NCBI GenBank assembly: GCA_016783425.1 | Contig: JADHWP010000002.1 | Location: 1 to 44,227, forward strand | Direction: 5' to 3' | DNA from: Candidatus Shapirobacteria bacterium | GTDB lineage: Bacteria > Patescibacteriota > Microgenomatia > UBA12405 > BS750m-G30 | DNA: 44,227 nucleotides | Shown here: positions 24,653-32,533 of the stretch, one piece after another | Position numbering within the stretch: the first letter of the stretch is position 1 | How the letters are laid out: every line of letters begins with the position of its first letter | The notes under the pieces: generated by a model | Database searches by the model: none | What the model saw: only the letters and a program-made list of their open reading frames with translations | What the model was told of the DNA's origin: nothing | Translations under genes and position numbers: made by a program

Positions 24653-24922
24653 AATAGCGTTGATGGGGAGGTATGGGCCCCGGAGCCCCTGAACCATGTA
24701 AGGTACAGGGCGCGCTGAAAAGGCGAAAAGATTTTTCTGATTAGCTTTTTCCGGAGAGGAATCCGTAACCAAGTTCCAGACCGATGTCACCGCAAGGTAA
24801 ACAGAGTCGGTTGTGAAGGTCCGAAGCGGTAACGTTCGGACGAAACAAGGTGGTACCGTCTTTATTTTAAAGGCCCTTGTTGGTTCCTAAATTTATTTTT
24901 GGGAGTCAGCAAGGGCTTTTTT
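24653..24922 (+). promoter_or_regulatory. T-box riboswitch leader (tRNA-sensing transcription antiterminator)
   Basis: The T-box sequence is aaACAAGGUGGUACCGUC (24844-24860). The antiterminator has helix A1 ACAAGG (24845-50) / CCUUGU (24875-80), the 7-nt bulge UGGUACC (24851-57) and helix A2 GUCUUUA (24858-64) / UAAAGGC (24868-74). A competing terminator overlaps it. Stem III is GUCCGAA (24819-25) / UUCGGAC (24835-41). A possible IIA/B pseudoknot is CGGA (24752-55) / UCCG (24762-65), with loop GGAA (24758-61) pairing to UUCC (24774-77). Stem I and the specifier are not resolved. Confidence 0.75.
24873..24922 (+). terminator. Intrinsic terminator of the T-box leader
   Basis: A stem of about 16 bp (GCCCUUGUUGGUUCCU 24873-24888 with GGGAGUCAGCAAGGGC 24901-24916, including G-U pairs) has a 12-nt loop and is followed by UUUUUU (24917-24922). 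Its 5' arm shares CCUUGU with the antiterminator. Confidence 0.8.
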
Positions 24923-24936
24923 ATTTGAAAGAACTT

Positions 24937-25007
24937 GGGAGCGTAGCTCAAGGGTAGAGTGCCCGTCTCCAAAACGGGTGATGAGGGTTCAACTCCCTCC
25001 GTTCCTA
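24937..25007 (+). tRNA. trnW: tRNA-Trp (anticodon CCA)
   Basis: Manual cloverleaf. Acceptor GGGAGCG/CGUUCCU (G1-U72 and G5-U68 wobbles). D stem GCUC/GAGU. Anticodon stem CCCGU/ACGGG with loop CUCCAAA. Variable region of 4 nt. T arm GAGGG-UUCAACU-CCCUC. Discriminator A at 25007. No encoded CCA (next bases are CTG). Confidence 0.9.
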
Positions 25008-25084
25008 CTGAAAAATGAGCGAAAGATTTAGGTCGTTACCAGATTGTGTTATTAATTCTCCTGGAAGAAAGGAGGGAGTTTGGC

Positions 25085-26479
25085 ATGGCTTTAAATTTAT
25101 TTGGAACTAAAATTGAGGTACCAGGTTTAGTCGAGGATAAAACTCTTGATTACCTGCTTATCCAGGTAGCCAAAAGGAGCAGTGAAAGAAAGATTTTGGA
25201 TGATTTTTTGGACGATCAGCGCTTGGAGGAATTAGAGGCTAAAGCTAGGGAGGCAGCCAAAGACGAAGTTGAAGATAGCAATGGGCTTAATAAAACACTA
25301 TTGTCTGGTTTTTATGTTGAAGAAATGAAAAGACAGAGATTACCTAATGGCGTTTCTTTATACCATGAGTTAATTTACCGTTTTTTAGAAAAGGAAAATC
25401 CTGATTATCGAAGATATGCGGGCTTATTAAGAAAAGGAGTGAAAGGCTCACACCGCTTATTACCTCCAGATTTTCCTTCAAGTTTTAAAAAAGCGGAAAG
25501 TATCTTGGGTGGGAAATTGCGCAGCGAGTTGGGGGAAAAGGAGCAATTAGAATATTTAACTAGAAAAGAATTTACAACCCAGTTAAGAATTATTGCCCAA
25601 AATTTATTTTTCGGGGCTAATTATGGGCTGGAAAAGGAGGATTTAATTAGGTTTTTAACGGTGATGTATGAGCTAGGAAAAATTGAAACTAGCCAGCCTA
25701 TTACTCCTTCCCGATTAAGGGGCTTGTTAGCTGAAAGCTTAAAAAATAATCAACCATTGGAAATTGTGCATATTAAAAGTTTACGTTTTACCTACCCGGG
25801 TGGGGAGAGCCTGAAGATGCTAGAGGATACTCGGGCGGCAACTCAGCTTGGCTTAAAAGGCGAGCAAAGGTTTTACCCGAGTGAAGAAATTATTTTTGAG
25901 AGGTTAACCAATCTTAGGAAAATTTTTGAACAAGTGGGCCTTAGGGCTAGGGTGACAGTTATTGTTTCTGATCCTGATTTAGATTATTGTTTTCCGCCCG
26001 GGCAGGAGTTTGTTCCTTTAGCTGATGTATCTCGGGCAAGAGTTTCTGCCGGGCGCTATCTTGAGTATTTAAAAACCAATCATCTAAAAGTAGATAATCT
26101 CTGTTCTTTAACAGAATTTTTAGAACAAACAAGTGGGGCTAATAAGTTTCGGTCTGTTTTTTCCCAGTTAGTAGATGAAGGACGAAAAGGAGGAGGGGCA
26201 ACTATTAAACCTAAGATTTTAGAAATGAGAGTTAATGACCAATTTGACCATTATCAACAAATGTTTGGAGAAAAATATACTCGGGGTTTAGCTAGGCAAA
26301 CAGCTCTGGCGCAAATTGCTAATGTTTTATCGCTTTCTGTAGTTTTTTCTTCTTTCTCCACCACTCCTCTGCTAGTTATTGATAGTCGGGGCTTTGAGGA
26401 TCAACTTATTGGTGGTTATCAACCTGATTCAGTAGTTAAATTTTTTACCCGATTTAAGGATCCAACCGGCGTTATCTAA
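25085..26479 (+). CDS. Hypothetical protein (464 aa) of the T-box/tRNA-Trp/trpS unit
   Basis: A strong ribosome-binding site AAAGGAGGG lies 8 nt before ATG 25085 (MALNLFGTKIEVPG). Coding-like sequence runs throughout. I recognise no family. The track start at 25046 is TTG without a ribosome-binding site. Confidence 0.6.
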   Translation: MALNLFGTKIEVPGLVEDKTLDYLLIQVAKRSSERKILDDFLDDQRLEELEAKAREAAKDEVEDSNGLNKTLLSGFYVEEMKRQRLPNGVSLYHELIYRFLEKENPDYRRYAGLLRKGVKGSHRLLPPDFPSSFKKAESILGGKLRSELGEKEQLEYLTRKEFTTQLRIIAQNLFFGANYGLEKEDLIRFLTVMYELGKIETSQPITPSRLRGLLAESLKNNQPLEIVHIKSLRFTYPGGESLKMLEDTRAATQLGLKGEQRFYPSEEIIFERLTNLRKIFEQVGLRARVTVIVSDPDLDYCFPPGQEFVPLADVSRARVSAGRYLEYLKTNHLKVDNLCSLTEFLEQTSGANKFRSVFSQLVDEGRKGGGATIKPKILEMRVNDQFDHYQQMFGEKYTRGLARQTALAQIANVLSLSVVFSSFSTTPLLVIDSRGFEDQLIGGYQPDSVVKFFTRFKDPTGVI

Positions 26480-26507
26480 AAATAATGTTAAAATGGGGGA
26501 GGTGAAA

Positions 26508-27497
26508 ATGAATAAGAGAAAAAGAACATTTTCGGGAATTCAGCCCACGGGGAGTTTGCATATTGGTAATTACATTGGGACAATTAAGCAATGGGTGGAA
26601 ATGCAAAAAGATCATCAGTGTATTTACTGCGTGGTTGATTTGCATGCTATTACTGTTCCTAAAAAACCAGAGGTTTTAAAGGAAAGAATTAGGGAAGTAG
26701 CGGCTTTGTTTATCGCTTGTGGAGTTGACCCGGAAAAATCAATTATCTTTATTCAATCACATAATCCCGATCATTCAGTTTTAAGTTGGATTATGGATTG
26801 TACTGCTTCCATGGGACAGCTGGAGCGAATGACCCAGTATAAGTCTAAGTCTGAAAAGCAAAAAGGCTTTGTTAGCGTAGGCCTTTTTAATTATCCGGCT
26901 TTAATGGCGGCAGACATTCTTTTGTATCAGACTGATGTGGTTCCGGTTGGGGATGATCAAAAGCAGCATGTAGAGCTAACTCGGGATTTAGCTCAGCGTT
27001 TTAATTCACGCTACGGGGAAGTTTTTACTGAGCCGGAGGTAAGTTTACAAAAAGTGGGAGCGCGAGTAATGTCTTTGCAAGATCCTAGTGCAAAGATGAG
27101 CAAGTCAGACGAAGATCCCAATGGAACCATTGATCTACTAGATTCACTTGAGGAAGTAAAGAAGAAAATAATGAGTGCGGTTACTGATTCGGGCAAAGAA
27201 ATTGTTTTTAAGAAAGAAAAGCTGGCAATTAGCAACTTATTGGGAATTTATTCTCAACTGGGAAATATTTCAATTGAGGAGTTGGAAAAAAAATATCAGG
27301 GCAAGGGGTATGGGGAGTTTAAGAAGGATTTGGTTGAGGCGGTAGTGGAGTTTCTCAAGCCTATTCAAAAAAAGTATTATCGGATTATGAAAAACCAGGA
27401 GGGATTAGAAAAGATTTTAAAGCAGGGAGGGGAAAAAGCCAGAGCGATTTCCCAAAAAACTCTAGCTGAAGTTTATAAAGTAATGGGGCTAGGATAA
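26508..27497 (+). CDS. trpS: Tryptophan--tRNA ligase
   Basis: Contains FSGIQPTGSLHIGNYIG (HIGH), VPVGDDQKQHVELTRD and KMSKS (AKMSKSDED). The GGGGGAGGTG ribosome-binding site precedes ATG 26508. Confidence 0.9.
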   Translation: MNKRKRTFSGIQPTGSLHIGNYIGTIKQWVEMQKDHQCIYCVVDLHAITVPKKPEVLKERIREVAALFIACGVDPEKSIIFIQSHNPDHSVLSWIMDCTASMGQLERMTQYKSKSEKQKGFVSVGLFNYPALMAADILLYQTDVVPVGDDQKQHVELTRDLAQRFNSRYGEVFTEPEVSLQKVGARVMSLQDPSAKMSKSDEDPNGTIDLLDSLEEVKKKIMSAVTDSGKEIVFKKEKLAISNLLGIYSQLGNISIEELEKKYQGKGYGEFKKDLVEAVVEFLKPIQKKYYRIMKNQEGLEKILKQGGEKARAISQKTLAEVYKVMGLG

Positions 27498-27750
27498 TGA
27501 CTGAAAAAACAGCTATTGCCTTAAGTGGAAATGGTTGGGGTGGAAGGAACAGGGGTGAAAGGCTGGTTGGCGAGTGTAAGGGAGTGCTGGATCCCGAGTT
27601 TTCCTTACTGGTGAACAGTAAGGAAAAAAAGCTTATACTAGAAGAAAATTAGGATAAGGGGAAAATATGAAAGAGCTAAAAAAGATACCAAAATTTAATA
27701 GTGAAGAGGAAGAAAAAAAGTTCTGGATGACTCATGATTCAACTGATTAT
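27497..27750 (+). pseudogene. Decayed BrnT/BrnA-like toxin-antitoxin remnant
   Basis: A 51-aa ORF (27497-27652) ends ...NSKEKKLILEEN, similar to the BrnT tail PSRKFTKIYLEE at 10534. The ORF starting at ATG 27667 reads MKELKKIPKFNSEEEEKKFWMTHDSTDYF, the typical N-terminus of BrnA-type antitoxins. After that it loses similarity where the convergent gene at 27747-27956 begins. Confidence 0.4.
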
Positions 27751-27956
27751 TTTTTAACTTTTTCTTTTAGTTTCAAAACTCTTTCCTTGGCTGTGACGAT
27801 GGAATTTTCCAGCACTTTTAACTGATTATCAAAATGTTCATCGTGGTGCCAGCGATCGGGGGATTGCTTTTTGAGTTCCCTATATTGCTCTTGGTATTTT
27901 TTCAGCTTTGCTTTCCAGAATTTAAGCCGTTCTTGAGAAGTAATCGGGATTTTCAT
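27747..27956 (-). CDS. Small coiled-coil hypothetical protein
   Basis: 69 aa and K/E-rich. TGCTATAAT (27975-27967 on the minus strand) lies 10 nt before the ATG. Confidence 0.4.
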   Translation of the reverse strand: MKIPITSQERLKFWKAKLKKYQEQYRELKKQSPDRWHHDEHFDNQLKVLENSIVTAKERVLKLKEKVKK

Positions 27957-27985
27957 TAGAAAGAAAATTATAGCATAATTAAAAA

Positions 27986-28546
27986 ATGAGCAAGAAAAGA
28001 ACCTATCTTTTAAAAAGTAAAAAGAATGGATTTTATCAGGAGTTCTTTTATTCTAAAAATCTTTTAGGAAAAACAAGCTTAAGAAAAGGAAAAAAATTTT
28101 CTTTAAAAGAGATTGAAGAAGAGTTTAAAAGATTTTCTAATAAGGATATTTTTACTAATACTCTTTTAAAAAAAGTATTTTGGGAGAAAGCGACTTGGGA
28201 GCTAAAACTGGCCATATTTCTTTCTTATTTTTATCAGCAAAAAATAAACGTCTTCTCTATTGGCAACGTGCAGATAAGCAGTTGGTTAAAAATACCTTTT
28301 TTCAAAAAAGAATATGATTTTGTAAAAAAAGAAGCCGTTTTTGGCAAAAAGCTAAATCTTAAAAGAACAATTTTAGCTAAGGTGAGAACTAAGGGCAGTG
28401 ACCATCTTCTCGGTTTGCGGTTTGACAACATTCATTTGGCTCTTGACTGGCTTGAGGGTAAAAAGGTTTATCTTCTTCACTGGGACATTATCGCTCCCAG
28501 GCTTTCACCAATTTCCTGGTCTAAGCATAGGCTTAAAGATCGTTAA
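27986..28546 (+). CDS. Basic hypothetical protein
   Basis: 186 aa and lysine-rich. I recognise no motif. Confidence 0.4.
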   Translation: MSKKRTYLLKSKKNGFYQEFFYSKNLLGKTSLRKGKKFSLKEIEEEFKRFSNKDIFTNTLLKKVFWEKATWELKLAIFLSYFYQQKINVFSIGNVQISSWLKIPFFKKEYDFVKKEAVFGKKLNLKRTILAKVRTKGSDHLLGLRFDNIHLALDWLEGKKVYLLHWDIIAPRLSPISWSKHRLKDR

Positions 28547-29610
28547 AGAATTTGCTCAGAAGCTTTGACTATTTTATCAGCCGCTTGAATATTGCCTGCT
28601 TTTTCTTTTAAAACAGATCTTGCTTTTTCGTTTATTAATTCAGGATTATTAAGGATTTGCCCTAAAACGACTCTTAATTGTTTTGGTTTTTCTGTGATCC
28701 AGCCCAAGTTTTTTTCCTTAATAATTTCCAGGTTTCCTGACTCTTGGCCGCGCAGGTGAGTAAGGACTAAAAATGGTTTGTTCATCGCTACGGCTTCAAA
28801 CAAAGAATTGGGTCCGGCCTTACCTGCCACTAAATCAGCCTTGTTCATTAGCCCAGGAAGATTATTAGTGAAGCCATAAAGCTTATAATTCATTTTATTT
28901 ACGCAACGGTAGGAGTTCAAAGTTTGGTAGAAAAGCTTGCTGCTGCCGGCGACAATGGTTAGTTTTAAATCTTTTTCAAACTCTTTAAATATGGGCAGGA
29001 ACTTAAACAGAGAGTTAGTGCCCACACTGCCGGCGACAATTAAAATACTAATTGGCTTTTTAGCCTTTTCAATCTTTTCGCTTTTTTGGTAAAAACTCTT
29101 TCTGGTAAGCCAGCCGGTAATGATTATTTTCTTTTTATCCACCCCGCCCAAATTAAGCTCGTTTTTTAGCTTTTGGTCATAAACAAAGTGAAGGTCCACA
29201 TCAGTGGAAAAATAATAGCTAAAAATGGTACGCGGATCAACCACAATGCTAAGTAACTTGTAATTGTATTTATTTTTATTTTTTTCCAAAACCTGATTAA
29301 AAACGCAATGAGTAGAAAGAACCAGGCTAGGCTTGAATTCCTCTATTTCTTTGACTATTTGGGCAGGCACAACCACTTTATTGAGTTTTTTGAGAATTCC
29401 CTGGAGGCGGCGGGCGTTAAAAATCGGGTAAAAGTATTTCCAGGCCTTAGGAAAAAAAAGATAGATAAGATTGTAGCTCGTCTGTAAGTTTTTTAACTCC
29501 TGGTTGACTAGTTTTGTTTCCCAGCCGTCTTTTTTATAAGCCTCATTAGCGGCTTGGGCTAAACTCAAGTGTCCGTAGCGGGTGGTGAAAATTAAAATTT
29601 TTTTGGACAT
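28543..29610 (-). CDS. GT28-type glycosyltransferase (MGDG synthase / diacylglycerol glycosyltransferase-like)
   Basis: The N-terminus KILIFTTRYGHLSLAQAANEAY and the C-terminal AGKAGPNSLFEAVAMNKPFLV...GQESGN resemble the MGDG_synth plus Glyco_tran_28_C layout. ATG 29610 is preferred over TTG 29622. Confidence 0.7.
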   Translation of the reverse strand: MSKKILIFTTRYGHLSLAQAANEAYKKDGWETKLVNQELKNLQTSYNLIYLFFPKAWKYFYPIFNARRLQGILKKLNKVVVPAQIVKEIEEFKPSLVLSTHCVFNQVLEKNKNKYNYKLLSIVVDPRTIFSYYFSTDVDLHFVYDQKLKNELNLGGVDKKKIIITGWLTRKSFYQKSEKIEKAKKPISILIVAGSVGTNSLFKFLPIFKEFEKDLKLTIVAGSSKLFYQTLNSYRCVNKMNYKLYGFTNNLPGLMNKADLVAGKAGPNSLFEAVAMNKPFLVLTHLRGQESGNLEIIKEKNLGWITEKPKQLRVVLGQILNNPELINEKARSVLKEKAGNIQAADKIVKASEQIL

Positions 29611-29675
29611 GTCCTTTGGCAATATAACCTCATTTTGTATATGGTAGCATGTTTAAGTTGTGATAGAATAAAACT

Positions 29676-30377
29676 ATGCTTTGGATTAATTTCAAAATTT
29701 ATAAGCAGAGTTTTGGCGAGGGGGCCTTAAAGCTGGCTAGAGCTTGTCAAAAGGTAGTTGATGAAACTGGGGTTAAAATTATTCCGGTGGTTTCCGCTTT
29801 TGATTTAGTTCGGGTCAAGGAGGTCTTTTCGGGAGAGGTTTGGGTTCAACATTTGGACTTCTATTTTGAGGGTAAGCATACGGGCTGGCTATCGCCTTTA
29901 CAAGCGCTTGCTTTAGGAGCAGGCGGGAGTTTGCTTAACCATTCCGAGCATAAGTTACCCCCCGGCCAAATTCGGCAAACTGTAGCCTACTTAAAGCGAA
30001 AAAAATGGGTTGAGCATTGGGAAAAAGAAGTTGACAGTATTGAAAAATTTAAAATCATGGTTTGCTTTGGCTCCCAGGGTCAAGCTAAAAGCTGGTTAAG
30101 AAAACTAGATCCTCAGCCGGATTTTGTCGCTTATGAGCCGGCCGAGTTGATTGGGGGTAAAGTATCGGTGGCGCAAAGTCAACCGGCAATGATTAAAAAT
30201 ATGGTTGAGTTGATGGCCGGGTATAATTTGGTAGTTGGAGCTGGGGTTCACTGCGCCGCTGATGTGAAAAAAGCTATAGAGTTGGGGGCAGTAGGAGTTT
30301 TGGTTAGCTCTGATGTGGTAAAAGCCAAAAATCCTCAAAAAGAATTATTAGAATTAGCCTTGGCTTTTGGCAAATAA
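29676..30377 (+). CDS. tpiA: Triose-phosphate isomerase, archaeal-type short form
   Basis: 233 aa with INFKIYKQSFGEGALKLA, LLNHSEHKL and AYEPAELIGG. Extended -10 TGATAGAAT at 29661-29669 lies 6 nt before the ATG. Confidence 0.8.
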   Translation: MLWINFKIYKQSFGEGALKLARACQKVVDETGVKIIPVVSAFDLVRVKEVFSGEVWVQHLDFYFEGKHTGWLSPLQALALGAGGSLLNHSEHKLPPGQIRQTVAYLKRKKWVEHWEKEVDSIEKFKIMVCFGSQGQAKSWLRKLDPQPDFVAYEPAELIGGKVSVAQSQPAMIKNMVELMAGYNLVVGAGVHCAADVKKAIELGAVGVLVSSDVVKAKNPQKELLELALAFGK

Positions 30378-30378
30378 A

Positions 30379-30837
30379 ATGGTTTACTTAGGCGCTGATC
30401 ATCTAGGCTGGCATCTTAAAGAAAAAATCGCTCATTGGTTGAGAGCCTGGAACTTTCCTTTTGAAGATTTAGGCAATAAAGAATTGGACGAAGAAGATGA
30501 TTATCCGGATTGGGCCGCTAGAGTAGCCCAAAAAGTTTCCAAGCACGAAAAAGAGGCGGTGGGGATTGTGGTTTGCGGCTCTGGCGTGGGGGCGGATATT
30601 GTGGCCAACAAATTTCCCAAAATTCGTTGCGGCTTGGGTTTTGGGGCGGCCCAAATAAAGTCTGCTCGGGCTGATGATGATATCAATGTTTTAGCCTTGC
30701 CGGCTGATTTTTTATCTGACAAAAAGGCCAAAAAAATCGTGGAGGCTTTTTTACAAACCGAGTTTGAGGGGGCAGAGCGGCAAAAAAGAAGAATTAGCAA
30801 AGTTTTAAATTTGAGCAATGTATTTGTCGAAAAGTAA
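30379..30837 (+). CDS. rpiB: Ribose-5-phosphate isomerase B
   Basis: Reads MVYLGADHLGWHLKEKI and GIVVCGSGVGADIVANKFPKIRC. ATG 30379 lies 1 nt after the tpiA stop, and the track TTG at 30367 is less likely. Confidence 0.85.
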   Translation: MVYLGADHLGWHLKEKIAHWLRAWNFPFEDLGNKELDEEDDYPDWAARVAQKVSKHEKEAVGIVVCGSGVGADIVANKFPKIRCGLGFGAAQIKSARADDDINVLALPADFLSDKKAKKIVEAFLQTEFEGAERQKRRISKVLNLSNVFVEK

Positions 30838-31807
30838 TTTTGATTTTACCGGAAAAAGGGTGCTTTTGCGCATTGATGCGGATGTGGATTTGAAGAAAAA
30901 AGGAAAAGGTTGGGTAGTAGATGAGGATTATCGTTTAAGCTGCGCCTTACCCAGTATTCGTTTTTTGCAAGAAAAGAAAGTTGAACAAATTGTTTTATTG
31001 GGTCATTTGGGTCGGCCTGGGGGAAAAATAGTTAAGGATCTAAGTTTAAGACCAGTTGCTAATTGGTTTGAAAAAAGATTAGGTAAAAAAGAAAAGCTGG
31101 TTTTGCTGGAGAATTTACGCTTTTCCTCCGGAGAAAAAAATAAAGATATAGATTTTGTTAAAAAATTAGCCGTTCCAGGAGAGGTTTTTGTTAATGATGC
31201 TTTTGGGAGTTCTCATCGGGATCATGCTTCTATCACTGGTTTACCCCAAGCTTTACCTTCTTTTTTAGGTTTAAGAATTGAGGGAGAAGTAAAAACCTTA
31301 AGCTGGCTAAAGGCGCACTCTCCCCGACCATTGGTTTTTGTTTTAGGGGGAAGCAAAAAGGGGAAGGTTGATTATTTGGATTTTCTTTCTTCCTGGGCAG
31401 ACCAGTTGCTGGTGGGGGGCAAGCTTCCAAAGTTAGTTCAAAACTTAAAGCTAAAAGCAAAAAGCCAGAAAAAAAAGCTCGTGTTTGGAAAATTAAATAA
31501 GGCGGGCAAAGATATTGATAAAAGAACGATAAAAAAATTTAAAAAAGCAATAGCCGGCGCCAAAACCATTGTTTGGGCGGGCCCAATGGGAGTATATGAA
31601 GAAAAAGAAAATCGAGCGGGAACACAAGAGATTGCTAAGGCGATTGCCGAAAGCCGGGCTTTTAAAATTGCCGGCGGGGGCGATACTCATCGGGTGCTTT
31701 CTCAATTACGGCTTTGGAGTTGTTTTAATTTTGTTTCCACGGGAGGCGGAGCGATGCTCCAGTTTTTAAAAGACGAAACTTTACCGGGGATTAAGGCGAT
31801 TAAATAG
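30818..31807 (+). CDS. pgk: Phosphoglycerate kinase (short, 329 aa)
   Basis: Contains GKRVLLRIDADVDL, LLENLRFSSGEKNKD, VNDAFGSSHRDHAS, WAGPMGVYE and STGGGAMLQFL. Confidence 0.85.
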   Translation: MYLSKSNFDFTGKRVLLRIDADVDLKKKGKGWVVDEDYRLSCALPSIRFLQEKKVEQIVLLGHLGRPGGKIVKDLSLRPVANWFEKRLGKKEKLVLLENLRFSSGEKNKDIDFVKKLAVPGEVFVNDAFGSSHRDHASITGLPQALPSFLGLRIEGEVKTLSWLKAHSPRPLVFVLGGSKKGKVDYLDFLSSWADQLLVGGKLPKLVQNLKLKAKSQKKKLVFGKLNKAGKDIDKRTIKKFKKAIAGAKTIVWAGPMGVYEEKENRAGTQEIAKAIAESRAFKIAGGGDTHRVLSQLRLWSCFNFVSTGGGAMLQFLKDETLPGIKAIK

Positions 31808-32432
31808 TTTTTTGCCCTTTTTTCATTCTCTCTTTTATTAAAAGAAGCCAAAAAGAGCCAATAAAAGAGAAAACAGAAACAATTACAAATAATGGAGCAA
31901 AGCCTAGATTTTGGGCAATTATTCCCCCTATGGCGGCCGCTCCGGCGCCGGTCAGGTCAGTGAGGGTAAAGTAAATACCCCATTCGGTTCCTTCCTGGGT
32001 TGGCTCTATGTGACGGGTGAAAATTGCCATCCAGGAGGGAAAAGTAAAAGCCTGAGCCAGTCCGTAAATAAACTGGATTAGATAAACTTCTAAGGGCGCG
32101 CGGGCAATTAAGTATAAAAGGGGGACTAGGCTGGTCACCAAAGAGCCGACTACCATGGCCCAAAAATCATCCCGCTCCCCCCTAATTCGATCAACTATCT
32201 GAGCAACGGGCAGTTGGCCTAGGGATTTAGTGAGAAAATAGATCATCGAAGCGATGCCGGCGACTTCAATATTACCCCCCTGGATATTATCGGTTAGAAA
32301 AATGGCGAAAATGGGACTGATTAAACCAAAGCCGGAGAGAATAAAAACATCAGAAATAGTGAGGGTTTTGATTATCTGGTTAGTTTTAAGCTGAAAATAT
32401 TGGCGCCAGTTTTTCTTTTCCAGTCTGGTCAT
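31800..32432 (-). CDS. MFS-type transporter, half-size (about 6 TM)
   Basis: 210 aa with the loop VAQIVDRIRGERD, which resembles MFS motif A. Only six predicted helices are present. Confidence 0.5.
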   Translation of the reverse strand: MTRLEKKNWRQYFQLKTNQIIKTLTISDVFILSGFGLISPIFAIFLTDNIQGGNIEVAGIASMIYFLTKSLGQLPVAQIVDRIRGERDDFWAMVVGSLVTSLVPLLYLIARAPLEVYLIQFIYGLAQAFTFPSWMAIFTRHIEPTQEGTEWGIYFTLTDLTGAGAAAIGGIIAQNLGFAPLFVIVSVFSFIGSFWLLLIKERMKKGQKTI

Positions 32433-32533
32433 AGTGTTGATTATGTCATTTTTTCTTTTTCGGAGTCAACAATTTGTTAAACTACATTATACCCTAAATT
32501 GACAAGGGCTGGGATTGGTTGTAAGCTGATATT

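Noticed and set aside
24691-24730. Reading the T-box specifier as Pro (GAA-CCA) or Lys (GAA-AAG)
   Set aside because: These triplets follow GAA as in canonical specifier loops, but I could not build a consistent Stem I or K-turn around them. The downstream genes (tRNA-Trp, trpS) and the A73-matching bulge argue for Trp. The question is left open rather than asserted.
24575-24790. 71-aa minus-strand ORF, and the 86-aa plus-strand ORF at 24141-24401
   Set aside because: The first lies across the T-box promoter and leader. The second is antisense to rtcB and runs into the palindromic element. Neither has coding-like features.
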